Shown piece after piece: positions 9,966 to 20,046 of a DNA stretch of 64,000 bases (position 1 is the stretch's first letter; each line of letters starts with the position of its first letter). Origin of the DNA: Spirochaetia bacterium (lineage in GTDB: Bacteria; Spirochaetota; Spirochaetia; UBA9216). A program made the translations under genes and the position numbers. The notes beneath the pieces are model-generated. The model saw nothing but the letters and a program-made list of their open reading frames with translations. It did no database searches and had not been told where the DNA came from. The stretch spans positions 256,001 through 320,000 of the forward strand of contig CAXXYH010000003.1 in NCBI GenBank assembly GCA_963677925.2, written 5' to 3'.

Positions 9966-11309
9966 ATGAGTTACATTCCAAACGGTGAATCCGGTAGAAA
10001 TAAAATGCTTGAATTCATTGGAGTGGAACATAATGAACTTGATAAATTATTCTCAATAATTCCACAGGAACTTCGGGCTGCAAGCTTTAATTTACCAGCC
10101 GGTAAATCCGAGTTCGAAGTAATAAGACAGTTAAAAGACCTTGGAAATAAAAACGTTCATAATCTTGTCTATTTTGTAGGCGGCGGATTTTATGATCATG
10201 AAATTCCATCTGCTGTTGATACACTCGTAAGCCGCGGAGAGTTTTTCACCGCCTACACACCGTATCAGCCGGAAGCCTCACAGGGGACTCTTCAGGCAAT
10301 ATATGAATACCAGAGCTGTATATGCGGGCTCACCGGTATGGATGTTGCGAATGCATCCCTGTATGACGGGGGAACCGCTTTATATGAAGCTATGATGATG
10401 GCTATAAGAGCCACCGGACGTAAAAAGGTGGTTATGGACGGCGGAGTAAATCCAATTTACCGGAAAATGATTAAAAGCTATTCAGAAAACCTATCAATTG
10501 ACTTCTATGAGGTTCCGGTCTGCCATGGACAGACCTGCAGAGAGGCCGTTGAAGCCTTTATTGACAATGAAACTGCGGCAGTAATAGTTCAAAATCCTAA
10601 TTTTTTCGGAGCTGTGGATGATCACACAGATATTGCAGAACTATGCCACAGCAAGGGCGCTCTGATTATTTCAAGTGTTTATCCGGTAAGCCTTGGAATG
10701 CTTAAACCGCCATCCCTGATGAATATCGACATAGTAACCGGCGAAGGTCAGTCGCTTGGTATTCCCCTGTCTTTTGGGGGACCATATCTCGGCTTTCTGG
10801 CAGCAAAACAGGAACTAGTCCGTAAAATGCCCGGGCGAATCTGCGGAAAGACGACAGACCGCAACGGCAGAGAAGGCTTTGTACTGACGCTGCAGACCAG
10901 GGAGCAGCATATCAGACGAGAAACTGCTAATTCCAATATTTGTTCAAATCAATCTCTCTGCGCGCTGCGCGCGGTAATATACATGTCTCTTCTGGGCTCA
11001 GAGGGACTGAAACAGCTTGCCGGCTTATGCCGTGATAAAACCGAATATCTCAAAGGAAGACTTTCTGCAATACCCGGAATAGAAGTAATGAAATCATCTC
11101 CCACCTTCAATGAGTTTACAGTAAAACTTCCGGTTAACGCAAATGAAGTAATCGGTTCACTTATTGAAAAAGGTATTGCTGCAGGATTTCCGCTTGGACG
11201 GTACTACGCCGAAATGCAGAATTATCTTTTAATCGCGGTTACTGAAAAAAGAACCAGACATGAACTTGCACTTTATGCAGATCTTCTGGAGGAGGCAGTA
11301 TGCAGCTGA
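9966..11309 (+). CDS. gcvPA: Glycine dehydrogenase subunit 1
   Basis: TAYTPYQPEASQG, NASLYDG, REQHIRRE...SNICSN. Confidence 0.95.
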   Translation: MSYIPNGESGRNKMLEFIGVEHNELDKLFSIIPQELRAASFNLPAGKSEFEVIRQLKDLGNKNVHNLVYFVGGGFYDHEIPSAVDTLVSRGEFFTAYTPYQPEASQGTLQAIYEYQSCICGLTGMDVANASLYDGGTALYEAMMMAIRATGRKKVVMDGGVNPIYRKMIKSYSENLSIDFYEVPVCHGQTCREAVEAFIDNETAAVIVQNPNFFGAVDDHTDIAELCHSKGALIISSVYPVSLGMLKPPSLMNIDIVTGEGQSLGIPLSFGGPYLGFLAAKQELVRKMPGRICGKTTDRNGREGFVLTLQTREQHIRRETANSNICSNQSLCALRAVIYMSLLGSEGLKQLAGLCRDKTEYLKGRLSAIPGIEVMKSSPTFNEFTVKLPVNANEVIGSLIEKGIAAGFPLGRYYAEMQNYLLIAVTEKRTRHELALYADLLEEAVCS

Positions 11310-12754
11310 TTTTTGAAAAATCAAACCCTGATCACCGGGGTATAAAACTCCCTGCATCCGATGTTCCTGCTGCAGAGAAACTTGAAGAACGTTATCTCAA
11401 CACTGCGCCTCCCAGGCTTCCAGCTCTTTCAGAATCAGAGGTTGTCAGGCACTATACAAGGCTTTCACAGCTTAATTTCAGTGTTGATACCAACTTCTAT
11501 CCCCTAGGTTCCTGCACCATGAAGTACAATCCCAGATTTACAGAAAAAATTGCATCGCTGGATAGTTTTGCCAGTCTGCATCCGCTTCAGCCGCAGCTTG
11601 TAAAAGGCGGAGTTCTGACCCAGGGTGCACTGCAGGTAATTTATGAACTTGAAAAGCAGCTCTCTGAAATAACCGGAATGGCAGCCTTCACTACCCAGCC
11701 AATGGCGGGAGCACACGGAGAATTAACCGGAGTAATGCTGATAGCAGCCTATCATAGACACAATAAAGTTAAGAAAGAAAATATCATAATCCCGGACTCC
11801 GGTCATGGAACGAATCCGGCCAGCGCAGCTATTGCAGGGTTTAAGGTTATAACTGTTAAATCTGATTCCGACGGTCTTATGGATATGGATGAATTCAAAA
11901 AGGTTCTTGATGAAAATACCGCAGGAGTTATGCTGACTTGTCCGAATACACTTGGAATCTTTAATCCCCATATCAGAGAAATAGCAGATCTGGCGCATTC
12001 TTTCGGGGCCCTTCTTTATTACGACGGTGCAAACATGAACGCTATCATGGGAAAGGCCCGTCCGGGAGATTTAGGATTTGATATAGTACATTTGAATTTG
12101 CATAAAACCTTTTCAACTCCTCACGGAGGCGGCGGTCCGGGAGCTGGGCCTGTAGGCGTTAAAGATTTCCTAATCGAGTTTCTTCCGACTTCAAGGATCT
12201 CAAAGCGTGAAGACGGTACATTTGCACTTGATTATCACAAACCTGAGTCAATCGGATATATCTCACCGTTTTATGGTAATTTCGGGATACTGCTGCGTGC
12301 ATACGCATACATTCTCTACATGGGAAGAGACGGCTTAATCGAAGTCAGTGAGAATGCTGTTCTGAATGCCAATTATCTGAAAAAAAAGCTGGAAAAAAGA
12401 TTCAGCATTCCTTATCCAGGAGGAACCCTGCATGAGTTTGTAATAAGTGCAAAGGATTATGCCTCAAAGGGTGTAAAGGCACTGGACTTTGCAAAGGCAC
12501 TTATTGATTACGGCATGCATCCACCTACTGTTTATTTCCCGCTGAACGTCCAGGAAGCACTTATGATAGAACCGACTGAAACAGAGAGTCCGGAAACACT
12601 TGATCAGTTTGCTGATGCACTGCTTGAGCTTTCTGAGAAAGCAGACCATGAATCTGCATTTTTTGAGTCATGTCCCCGAACAACTGTTGTTTCAAGACTG
12701 GATGAAGTTAAAGCGGTAAAACAGCTTGATATCAATTATTTTAAAGCCGAATAA
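11300..12754 (+). CDS. gcvPB: Glycine dehydrogenase subunit 2
   Basis: YPLGSCTMKYNP, HLNLHKTFSTPHGGGGPG (PLP Lys), IEPTETES. Confidence 0.95.
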   Translation: MQLIFEKSNPDHRGIKLPASDVPAAEKLEERYLNTAPPRLPALSESEVVRHYTRLSQLNFSVDTNFYPLGSCTMKYNPRFTEKIASLDSFASLHPLQPQLVKGGVLTQGALQVIYELEKQLSEITGMAAFTTQPMAGAHGELTGVMLIAAYHRHNKVKKENIIIPDSGHGTNPASAAIAGFKVITVKSDSDGLMDMDEFKKVLDENTAGVMLTCPNTLGIFNPHIREIADLAHSFGALLYYDGANMNAIMGKARPGDLGFDIVHLNLHKTFSTPHGGGGPGAGPVGVKDFLIEFLPTSRISKREDGTFALDYHKPESIGYISPFYGNFGILLRAYAYILYMGRDGLIEVSENAVLNANYLKKKLEKRFSIPYPGGTLHEFVISAKDYASKGVKALDFAKALIDYGMHPPTVYFPLNVQEALMIEPTETESPETLDQFADALLELSEKADHESAFFESCPRTTVVSRLDEVKAVKQLDINYFKAE

Positions 12755-12790
12755 GTTGAAAACGGTACTTAAAGATCTTATTCTTGTTAT

Positions 12791-13141
12791 ATGGAACTGA
12801 TATTTGATGAAGCTGTACTGGATTTTAACAAGTTCCTTGGTTACAGCAGTGAAGACTTTTATGGCGGCAGCAGGCTAGGCAATTTCCTCGACAGATATCA
12901 TAATCTGCTTTTCAATCTTGAGCAGTCTATAATTACGCGGGAAAATGCAACAATCTGCAGGGCGGTTAGTGAAATCAGATCTTTTACAGAAAACAACGGA
13001 GGAACCCGTATAAGTTCTATTCTCGCTGAATACGAAAAACATTCTGCAATCGGTGATTATGTAAAAACCGGAAAGTTTGAATCATTCATCTTCGAAGAAC
13101 TTAATCTTTTCAAGGAGACTGTAATAAGTTCCTTCTGCTGA
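12791..13141 (+). CDS. Small helical protein, possibly a degenerate HPt-like fold
   Basis: 116 aa; RAVSEIRSFTENNGGTRIS spaced like HPt AHxLKGxSxxIGAxxLS; own promoter TTGAAA-17-TATTCT. Confidence 0.45.
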   Translation: MELIFDEAVLDFNKFLGYSSEDFYGGSRLGNFLDRYHNLLFNLEQSIITRENATICRAVSEIRSFTENNGGTRISSILAEYEKHSAIGDYVKTGKFESFIFEELNLFKETVISSFC

Positions 13142-13142
13142 A

Positions 13143-13170
13143 TAAAAAGGCCGGAACAACCGGCCTTTTA
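13143..13170. terminator. Bidirectional intrinsic terminator
   Basis: TAAAAAGGCCGG-AACAA-CCGGCCTTTTTA between convergent genes. Confidence 0.88.
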
Positions 13171-13187
13171 TAATTAAAAAATAACAA

Positions 13188-13697
13188 TTATCTCCAACTA
13201 TCAGGGGCAGTATCAGTGATTAATTCCTGCCCGGCTTTAAATCCTTCCAGATAGGCATCCCTGAATGCATCAGTATATCCCTGTTTGTAGCCTTCACTGT
13301 ATCCGTCATTATAACCATCATCATAGCTTGAGTAATCATCATAGCTCTCATCATAATCATCGAAGCCTTCGTAATCATCAATAGTGATATAGATTACATC
13401 TTCAGCCATGATATCAATCTCATATTTGGAATAATAGTCATCATCTATATCCACTGCCTGAAGATCATATAAAACGGCTTCAGCATCATACATATCAAGT
13501 GAAATTGTAATTTCATCACCGTAATACAGAATATCTCCCTCGAGAAAATCATCTCCCCAGTCATCATAGTCAGTTGGTGAAAAATAAAGACTGGTTATAT
13601 CGTATCCTGTATCGTTATTGATAGTTACAGTAACGTCCTGTCCGAAAACCAGCACAGCCGACAATACCAATAAACCTATAAAAAAAATCCGCTTCAT
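13188..13697 (-). CDS. Secreted acidic protein with D/Y-rich linker and GxxxG repeats
   Basis: Signal peptide MKRIFFIGLLVLSAVLVFG; NDTGYDITSLYFSP...WGDD domain; AGGAG SD. Confidence 0.7.
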   Translation of the reverse strand: MKRIFFIGLLVLSAVLVFGQDVTVTINNDTGYDITSLYFSPTDYDDWGDDFLEGDILYYGDEITISLDMYDAEAVLYDLQAVDIDDDYYSKYEIDIMAEDVIYITIDDYEGFDDYDESYDDYSSYDDGYNDGYSEGYKQGYTDAFRDAYLEGFKAGQELITDTAPDSWR

Positions 13698-13800
13698 GAA
13701 TACTCCTAATATTATAATAATTTATTAATATGAAAGTTATTTGCCAATTCCATATATTAATTATATTATAATACTAAATTTTTATATAACGGGGAAATAA

Positions 13801-14574
13801 TTGATAAATTCTGAAGATATAAACGGAAAGATTTTATTCCAGACAGAAGGCCATCAGTTTATATGGCTTGGCGCCGATGAGGAAGAAGAAGTTGGTGTAG
13901 TACAGACCAATCAGTACCTTATTATAAATAACGGTCGGGGCACCCTTGTCGATCCCGGCGGAATTCACCTTTTTTCCAGGGTTGTAGCCCTTGTCAGTCA
14001 GTATATAGATCTCGATCACATTGATAATATTTTCTACTCGCATCAGGATCCGGATGTTTCCAGCGGTATAGCGCTGTGGCTGGGTGTTACACATGCTAAA
14101 ATCTATATTTCAGGTCTCTGGCTTAGATTTATTCCGCATTTCGGCATTGTTGATAACAGCAGAATTTCATCTATTGAAAATCTTGGCGGAAAGCTTAAAA
14201 TTTCACAGAACAAGGAACTGACTATGGTTCCTTCACATTTTCTTCACTCAACCGGATGTTATTCCTTTTTTGATGAAACATCAGGAATTCTATTCACAGG
14301 AGATATCGGCGCAGCGGTTTTCAAACCCGGGAACCAGTATCTTTTTGTGGAGGATTTTAATGAGCATATTAAGATTTGTGAGGGGTTCCACAAACGCTAT
14401 ATGAGCTCCAATAAAGTAATCAAGAAATGGATCAGCAAACTCAGCGGGATGAACATCAGTATGATAGCACCTCAGCATGGCGCCATTTATACAGGTGAAA
14501 ATGTCAACAAGTTTCTGGACTGGTTTTCCGGTCTAAGCTGCGGTATCGATATAATTGATGAGTTATACAACTAA
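13801..14574 (+). CDS. Oxygen-binding di-iron protein (ODP, MBL fold)
   Basis: QTNQYLI, LVDPGG, SHQDPD, HFLHS, LFTGDIG, FHKRYM, IAPQHG; TTG start after GGGGA; upstream of an MCP. Confidence 0.88.
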   Translation: MINSEDINGKILFQTEGHQFIWLGADEEEEVGVVQTNQYLIINNGRGTLVDPGGIHLFSRVVALVSQYIDLDHIDNIFYSHQDPDVSSGIALWLGVTHAKIYISGLWLRFIPHFGIVDNSRISSIENLGGKLKISQNKELTMVPSHFLHSTGCYSFFDETSGILFTGDIGAAVFKPGNQYLFVEDFNEHIKICEGFHKRYMSSNKVIKKWISKLSGMNISMIAPQHGAIYTGENVNKFLDWFSGLSCGIDIIDELYN

Positions 14575-14591
14575 GGCAGGCTGGCTGGAAT

Positions 14592-15431
14592 ATGAATAAA
14601 TTTATTCGCAAAACACTGACTCTGCTGACAGTCGGATATAATAAGGGTATTATACTTTCCCGCATTACCCAGAATGCGATGAATATAATAACAAGAAAGA
14701 TTGCATCCATCCATAATGCCCTGGAAACTGTGGTTACCAGCTTTGAAGAGGTTCGTGCTACCTCTCAAAGTACTTCTGCCAATACCAAAAGCATTAACAA
14801 TGCTATGGACAGCATTATCGAGTCATCCACACTCATCAACAGGAATATTCAAAAGAATGTGAATGAAATTTCCACTGCGACTACGGAATCTGAAAAGATT
14901 TTTAAACTTTTCAATTCTCTGGAACAGCAGTCCTACAAGGTCAGGGAAATTACTGAAGCAATAGAAGATGTTGCACAGCAGACCAATATTCTGGCAATAA
15001 ATGCTTCAATCGAAGCTGCCCGTGCCGGAAATGCAGGACGGGGATTTCATATTATTGCAAAAGAAATTAGAAAACTTTCTGAACAGACTCAGGATTTTGC
15101 AACAACAATATCCGGCACCATAAATGAATTTAACAGCGGCATTAATAAAATACAGGAAAACTTCAACAAGCTCGTTCTGCTTCTCAACAGCTCACGTGAT
15201 GAACTTGCGAATACAAGTGAAACCTTTCAGCAGAACGAAAAAAGCCTTTCCGATTCCGGATACAGACTTGCCGAAATCAATGCCGCAGTCACAGAACAGA
15301 CTGAGGCAATGACCGACGGGTTAAAATCACTTGAAAAAGTATTTGCCCTTCTTAAGGATGCTAATTCAATTTCACAGACTCTTCATGCGTCTCAGGAATC
15401 ACTGGACAAACTTCTGGATAAGAAACTCTAA
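14592..15431 (+). CDS. Soluble methyl-accepting chemotaxis protein without a sensor domain
   Basis: [37 protein letters not shown]; no TM helices. Confidence 0.9.
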   Translation: MNKFIRKTLTLLTVGYNKGIILSRITQNAMNIITRKIASIHNALETVVTSFEEVRATSQSTSANTKSINNAMDSIIESSTLINRNIQKNVNEISTATTESEKIFKLFNSLEQQSYKVREITEAIEDVAQQTNILAINASIEAARAGNAGRGFHIIAKEIRKLSEQTQDFATTISGTINEFNSGINKIQENFNKLVLLLNSSRDELANTSETFQQNEKSLSDSGYRLAEINAAVTEQTEAMTDGLKSLEKVFALLKDANSISQTLHASQESLDKLLDKKL

Positions 15432-16394
15432 TCAGGCTGCCCTTTCAGGGCGGTCTTTTTTAAGTGCAGAATATATTTCGGAAGTTGTCGGCAGCCGCTT
15501 AATTCTTCCGCCAGCATCCGCCTTAACCATACTTTTTAAAAGTGCCAGATGATCCTTTCTTAACACAATAAACTTTTCACCGATTTCAGAAAACGGCTGA
15601 TAAGTTCTTTGGAAACTTTTAAAACTGTAACTGAAATCCTGTGGAGTAACTGAGGGCAGGCTTTTCTGAATAATTTGAAGACGTTTAGTATCTATAGAAG
15701 TTTTTATCATATAAGCCCAGCAGTTATCCGCAACAGCCAGGTAGACTCCCGGGAATCCAAGCCTGAATTCTGCAAGTTCAAGGTGATTAATATTTGAAGG
15801 TCGGATATATGGCGGAAGAAAAAGAAAATCCGGGTCACAGGCTTTTTTAAATGAAAGGCTGTACTGTCTGTACTCTTTTTTATTATTACTGTCCGTACTT
15901 ACAGACTTTTTAAAATCATCAATTATTTCAGATTTCACGGAAACAAAATCATAGGATTCACAGTCAAATTTACCTTTGTCACTGGTTAAAAAATGTTCAA
16001 ACTCATCAAGCATTTCACCGGTAAATTTAATCAATGTACTGCTGTCAGCCCTGAAGGCTTCAGCATACCAGCATCTATGGGCATCATATGATTTACAAAT
16101 AAGGCTCTGATTTGGCATTGCATGAATAAGGCATTTTCCGCTGTCAGCATCAACAGACAGACACTTACGCCTTAAGTAAAGGTTCCATTCGCCGCTTTTT
16201 TTCAATACAGGGTATATATCCCTGAATACAGAACTTAACTGCAGGTTGACCATGTCAGAATAATTATTCAGTTTTAAAATATCCAGCGGAAGGTTTTTAC
16301 AGCAGGGAGTGCTATCACAAACTGTACATGGAGAAACACCCCAGACATCCTGTTTCACAGACAGGTTTGAAGGCAAGTTCAATTTTTGATTCAT
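15432..16394 (-). CDS. YkgJ-like CxxCxxCC cysteine-cluster protein
   Basis: PCTVCDSTPCC and C...GKCLIH...LICKSY. Confidence 0.65.
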   Translation of the reverse strand: MNQKLNLPSNLSVKQDVWGVSPCTVCDSTPCCKNLPLDILKLNNYSDMVNLQLSSVFRDIYPVLKKSGEWNLYLRRKCLSVDADSGKCLIHAMPNQSLICKSYDAHRCWYAEAFRADSSTLIKFTGEMLDEFEHFLTSDKGKFDCESYDFVSVKSEIIDDFKKSVSTDSNNKKEYRQYSLSFKKACDPDFLFLPPYIRPSNINHLELAEFRLGFPGVYLAVADNCWAYMIKTSIDTKRLQIIQKSLPSVTPQDFSYSFKSFQRTYQPFSEIGEKFIVLRKDHLALLKSMVKADAGGRIKRLPTTSEIYSALKKDRPERAA

Positions 16395-17038
16395 TAAATA
16401 TCAGCAATAAGCTCCTTGAGATTATTAAGTATATATACAGGACGGGTTTTCAGTTCATCAGGACTGTTCGGCCCCCATGAGGCAAATGCAGTATCTACTC
16501 CGGCACTGAATCCGCTTTTGATATCAAATTCTGCGTCACCAATAAAGAGCGCTTCTTCCCTCCCGGCATTGAAATAATCAAGCGCAAATAAAACCGGTTC
16601 AGGATCCGGTTTATGGTTTTCTGTTGATTCAGGAGTAACTACAAGATCAAATACACCTTCAAGCTTGAAGTGCTGTAAATATCTGTTAAGGGAATCAAGA
16701 GATCTTGAAGTAACCAGAGCTGTTTTTTTCTTCTTATCCTTTAGTATTTCTAAAATTTCAATAGTATCCGGAAACAGCTTCAAATATTCTCTGTAAATCT
16801 GTTTCTGATATTCCCTGTGAGAAGCAAGAATTTCATTCAGTTTCTCATCTGAAAAATCTTTAAAATACATTTTCATCTGCTGCATAATAGGTATACCTAC
16901 ATGCTTTGTAACATCTTTACGGTCAATTTCAAAATTACCGTATTTCAGACATGTGTAGCGGAAAGTCTGATAAATAAGCTCCATAGTATCAAGGAGAGTG
17001 CCGTCAACATCAAAAAAGTAGTACTGGTATTCTTTCAT
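16394..17038 (-). CDS. HAD-family phosphatase (PpaX/Gph-like)
   Basis: FFDVDGTLLDT, KPDPEP, FIGDAEFDI. Confidence 0.88.
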   Translation of the reverse strand: MKEYQYYFFDVDGTLLDTMELIYQTFRYTCLKYGNFEIDRKDVTKHVGIPIMQQMKMYFKDFSDEKLNEILASHREYQKQIYREYLKLFPDTIEILEILKDKKKKTALVTSRSLDSLNRYLQHFKLEGVFDLVVTPESTENHKPDPEPVLFALDYFNAGREEALFIGDAEFDIKSGFSAGVDTAFASWGPNSPDELKTRPVYILNNLKELIADI

Positions 17039-17085
17039 TGCAGAGGAGTATAATTAATTTCCCTTTATTTTTCTATATCTGAATT

Positions 17086-19305
17086 TTATTTAGAAAAAAG
17101 TTCAGAACTATATTGTTTTATCTGCTCCTTACCCTGAAGAACTCTTACTGCACCCGCAGCAAGGGCATCCATTTCGTTTTCACCGGGGTAAACTGTTACT
17201 CCGCAGTTGAGCTGATTAATGATTCCTTCAATTTCAGAAACAAGAAAATCACTCCTGACCATACCGCCTGTAAGAATTACCTGCTCGACGGCCTCGCCGT
17301 TAAAAGCCGGGAGTAAAGAGCATATTGCCTTTGCCGTCTGATATATAAGAGCTTCAATAACCGTTTCTGCAAAGGCGTCGGTCTTTGCCTGTTCAATAAT
17401 TTCTCTCAAATCTGTAGTTCCAAGAAGATCATAGAAACCGCCGCCTCCGACATTCAGAAACCTGATCTCCTTTTCGCTTAATCTGCCTGAAAAGCACAGA
17501 TCTATCAGCGCGCCGGCCGGTATAGTACCTGATCTCTGGGGAGAAAAGGGGCCCTCCCCGTTCAGAGCGTTGTTTACATCTACATAACGTCCCCTGTGAT
17601 GAGCACCTATCGAAATGCCGCCGCCCATATGACAGACAATCACATTAATATTTTCATAAAAAGTCTCATTCTCATACGCGTATCTTCTGGCAGAGGCAAT
17701 CTGATTCAAGGCATGGCTGATAATTTCTCTTTTAATACTTTTTATTCCGGTTATCTTAACCCTGTCATCAGCTTCATCGACAACTACGGGGTCTGTTATA
17801 AAAGCAGGGACATTGCTGCCATTTGTAAGAGACTCAGCTATTATTCCTCCTAAATTTGATGCATGTTCCCCGCTTATTCCGGCTTTTAAATGCTGAAGCA
17901 TGAGATCATTCACAGCGTAGGTTCCATGAGGGATTGGCTTCAGAAGGCCTCCTCTGGCCGATACGGCATCAAGGTCCTTAACAGAGTAGCCATTTTCAGT
18001 CAGAAAATTTACAACCATCGTCCTGCGGTATTCAAACTGAGAAGTTACAGGTTCGTTTTCAAATTCTTTAAGTTCTTCAGGTTTGTGCTGCAGTTCTTCT
18101 GAAAGGATCTGATATTCTCCTTCATACAGACTAACCTTTGTCGAAGTAGAACCCGGATTAATGGACAGGATCCTGTACATCGGGAAAAAATTATCCTGCG
18201 GAGTCTTTTTCCAATCCTCTTTCTGAAGTAAATTCAGCATGGTGGCTTTAATAGCAAGACGTATATCATCAGCGCTGCAGTCCTTGGCCAGATCAACTGC
18301 AGAAAAACCTATTCCGGAAATTATGGTGAATTTCTTGGCATCAGGGAAACGTGTGGCATAAAGATGATACAGCATATTCCCCATATCAAGGTTGGGACAG
18401 ATAATTACATTTGTACCACCCTGCCAGTCTTTCTCTCCCGGCTTGCTGTAATACATTGCAGATCTTTCAGACAGGGCAACATTGACCTTTACCTCACCTT
18501 CAATGTTTATTGTTTTATACCGTTGATCTTTGAGAATATATTCTTCGAGCAGGCCAGGAACCAGGGAAGAGGCCTTATTTACAAGTACAGGTGAAGGCCC
18601 TTCATCCGAGCCGTGATTGGAATAGGAAACAATTGCTCCATTGATATTTGAAAGAACATCTTCAGGAATAATATTTCTTGTAATAGTGCAGATATCAACA
18701 GCAAGATTTGCCAGTGTTTCTTCATCCATTGTCGCATTAACGCCGACATCTCCAAAGACAATTATGTTTTTTGGAAAAACCTTCTCTGAATGCTCATCAG
18801 ATAAAACAAAAATGCCGGTTTCACACTGAACTTTTCTTTTTTTCAGATACTTCAGCATCGGTCTGAAGAAAGTTATCGGTTCATGAGTTATTCCGCCTAC
18901 GACCATATCTGCATATCCGAATTTAACACATAGAATTCCAAACAGGCAGGGATCAGAAACTGCAGATCTTATTTCCTCTGTCGTTTTCCGGCTTCCTTCA
19001 GATTCTAGCTGACCTCTGTAAAAATGACAGAATTCATCAAGAATACCATGTTCAGAGGCAATATTTATAAATCTTGATTCCGAAATTGTAAACTCTACCC
19101 TGCTGCGGTCTATGGCAGCCGCCTCATTCTCATATAGAGAGCGAATCCGTTCTTCAGACTCCAGCAGAACAGGTTTTATATACCTGCATAAGTATGAAAC
19201 GGCCTCAAGTACTCTGATATCAACAGATTCTGTGAAGATAACCACCGGTCTTGAGCGGTTAAACGAAAGTATCTGCTGTTCAAGCGATTTTTCTATATCA
19301 AACAT
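17086..19305 (-). CDS. buk: Fused phosphate acyltransferase (Pta/Ptb) and butyrate kinase
   Basis: N-half: VFGDVGVN, NVIICPNLDMGNMLY. C-half: ILSINPGSTSTK, HASNLG, HMGGGISIGAH, VNNALNGEGPFSPQRSG, PGENEM. Confidence 0.88.
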   Translation of the reverse strand: MFDIEKSLEQQILSFNRSRPVVIFTESVDIRVLEAVSYLCRYIKPVLLESEERIRSLYENEAAAIDRSRVEFTISESRFINIASEHGILDEFCHFYRGQLESEGSRKTTEEIRSAVSDPCLFGILCVKFGYADMVVGGITHEPITFFRPMLKYLKKRKVQCETGIFVLSDEHSEKVFPKNIIVFGDVGVNATMDEETLANLAVDICTITRNIIPEDVLSNINGAIVSYSNHGSDEGPSPVLVNKASSLVPGLLEEYILKDQRYKTINIEGEVKVNVALSERSAMYYSKPGEKDWQGGTNVIICPNLDMGNMLYHLYATRFPDAKKFTIISGIGFSAVDLAKDCSADDIRLAIKATMLNLLQKEDWKKTPQDNFFPMYRILSINPGSTSTKVSLYEGEYQILSEELQHKPEELKEFENEPVTSQFEYRRTMVVNFLTENGYSVKDLDAVSARGGLLKPIPHGTYAVNDLMLQHLKAGISGEHASNLGGIIAESLTNGSNVPAFITDPVVVDEADDRVKITGIKSIKREIISHALNQIASARRYAYENETFYENINVIVCHMGGGISIGAHHRGRYVDVNNALNGEGPFSPQRSGTIPAGALIDLCFSGRLSEKEIRFLNVGGGGFYDLLGTTDLREIIEQAKTDAFAETVIEALIYQTAKAICSLLPAFNGEAVEQVILTGGMVRSDFLVSEIEGIINQLNCGVTVYPGENEMDALAAGAVRVLQGKEQIKQYSSELFSK

Positions 19306-19308
19306 AAA

Positions 19309-19968
19309 CTACTCCGTGGCAAGTTTATAACCGGTTTCTTCAGCATCTTTCAGAATTTTAAGATTGCGTTCATAATCAGGCTGAGCAAGATCTTCAGGGA
19401 TCTTCATCATCCTGTAAAGCGCCTTCAGTCTTGAAGCATTCAAATCAAGCTGTCCCGCTACTGCAAGTCTTGTAGAATTTTGAAAGGTAAAACTGTTTCC
19501 TTCCCCGAAATTTGAAGTTATGAAATTAAAAAGATCTACAAGAGGTCCGGCATCTTCATCAGAACTGCTGCCCATAGCAGTTATAAGGTGAAATTTCTTT
19601 GACCAGGCTATATGGGGAGTATGAAGAATACCGTCCCTGGTAATTTGAACAGTGATAAATGATCTGAACCGATCAAGTATTTTTTTCATTGAAGCTGTCA
19701 TATGATGAAAATAGACAGGAGTTGCAAAAACAAGAAGGTCCGAAGCCAGAATCTCACTGCTTAGAGTCTCCCATTCATCATTTTTTATAATGCATTTCTT
19801 TTTTACATTGCAGACAAGGCATCCTGTACAGGGCTTGATGTCAAGCTTATCAGTTTCATACAGACTAATCTCTGCGCCTGCCGTCTCTGCTCCTTTTAAA
19901 AAAGCATCCAATATTCTTCTGCTGTTTGAATTCTTACGCGGGCTTCCGCTGAATGCAGTAACTTTCAT
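19309..19968 (-). CDS. Iron-sulfur flavoprotein / NADPH-FMN reductase family protein
   Basis: GSPRKNSNS, CTGCLVC....C, VFATPVYF. Confidence 0.82.
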   Translation of the reverse strand: MKVTAFSGSPRKNSNSRRILDAFLKGAETAGAEISLYETDKLDIKPCTGCLVCNVKKKCIIKNDEWETLSSEILASDLLVFATPVYFHHMTASMKKILDRFRSFITVQITRDGILHTPHIAWSKKFHLITAMGSSSDEDAGPLVDLFNFITSNFGEGNSFTFQNSTRLAVAGQLDLNASRLKALYRMMKIPEDLAQPDYERNLKILKDAEETGYKLATE

Positions 19969-20046
19969 AAGCTAATGATATCTTATTTTAATTTTAAATA
20001 CAATTTTTTGTTTGCAATATACACCTGGCTCCGCTATTCTGAAAGT

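Noticed and set aside
13300-13390. Short repeated TCATCATA/ATCATC units as a possible CRISPR or tandem array
   Set aside because: They are Asp/Tyr codon repeats in a coding region; no fixed repeat-spacer period and no cas genes.
13700-13780. PerR/Fur box-like TTATAATAATT sequences upstream of ODP (similar near 4573)
   Set aside because: Only partial matches in extremely AT-rich DNA; not distinguishable from chance by eye.
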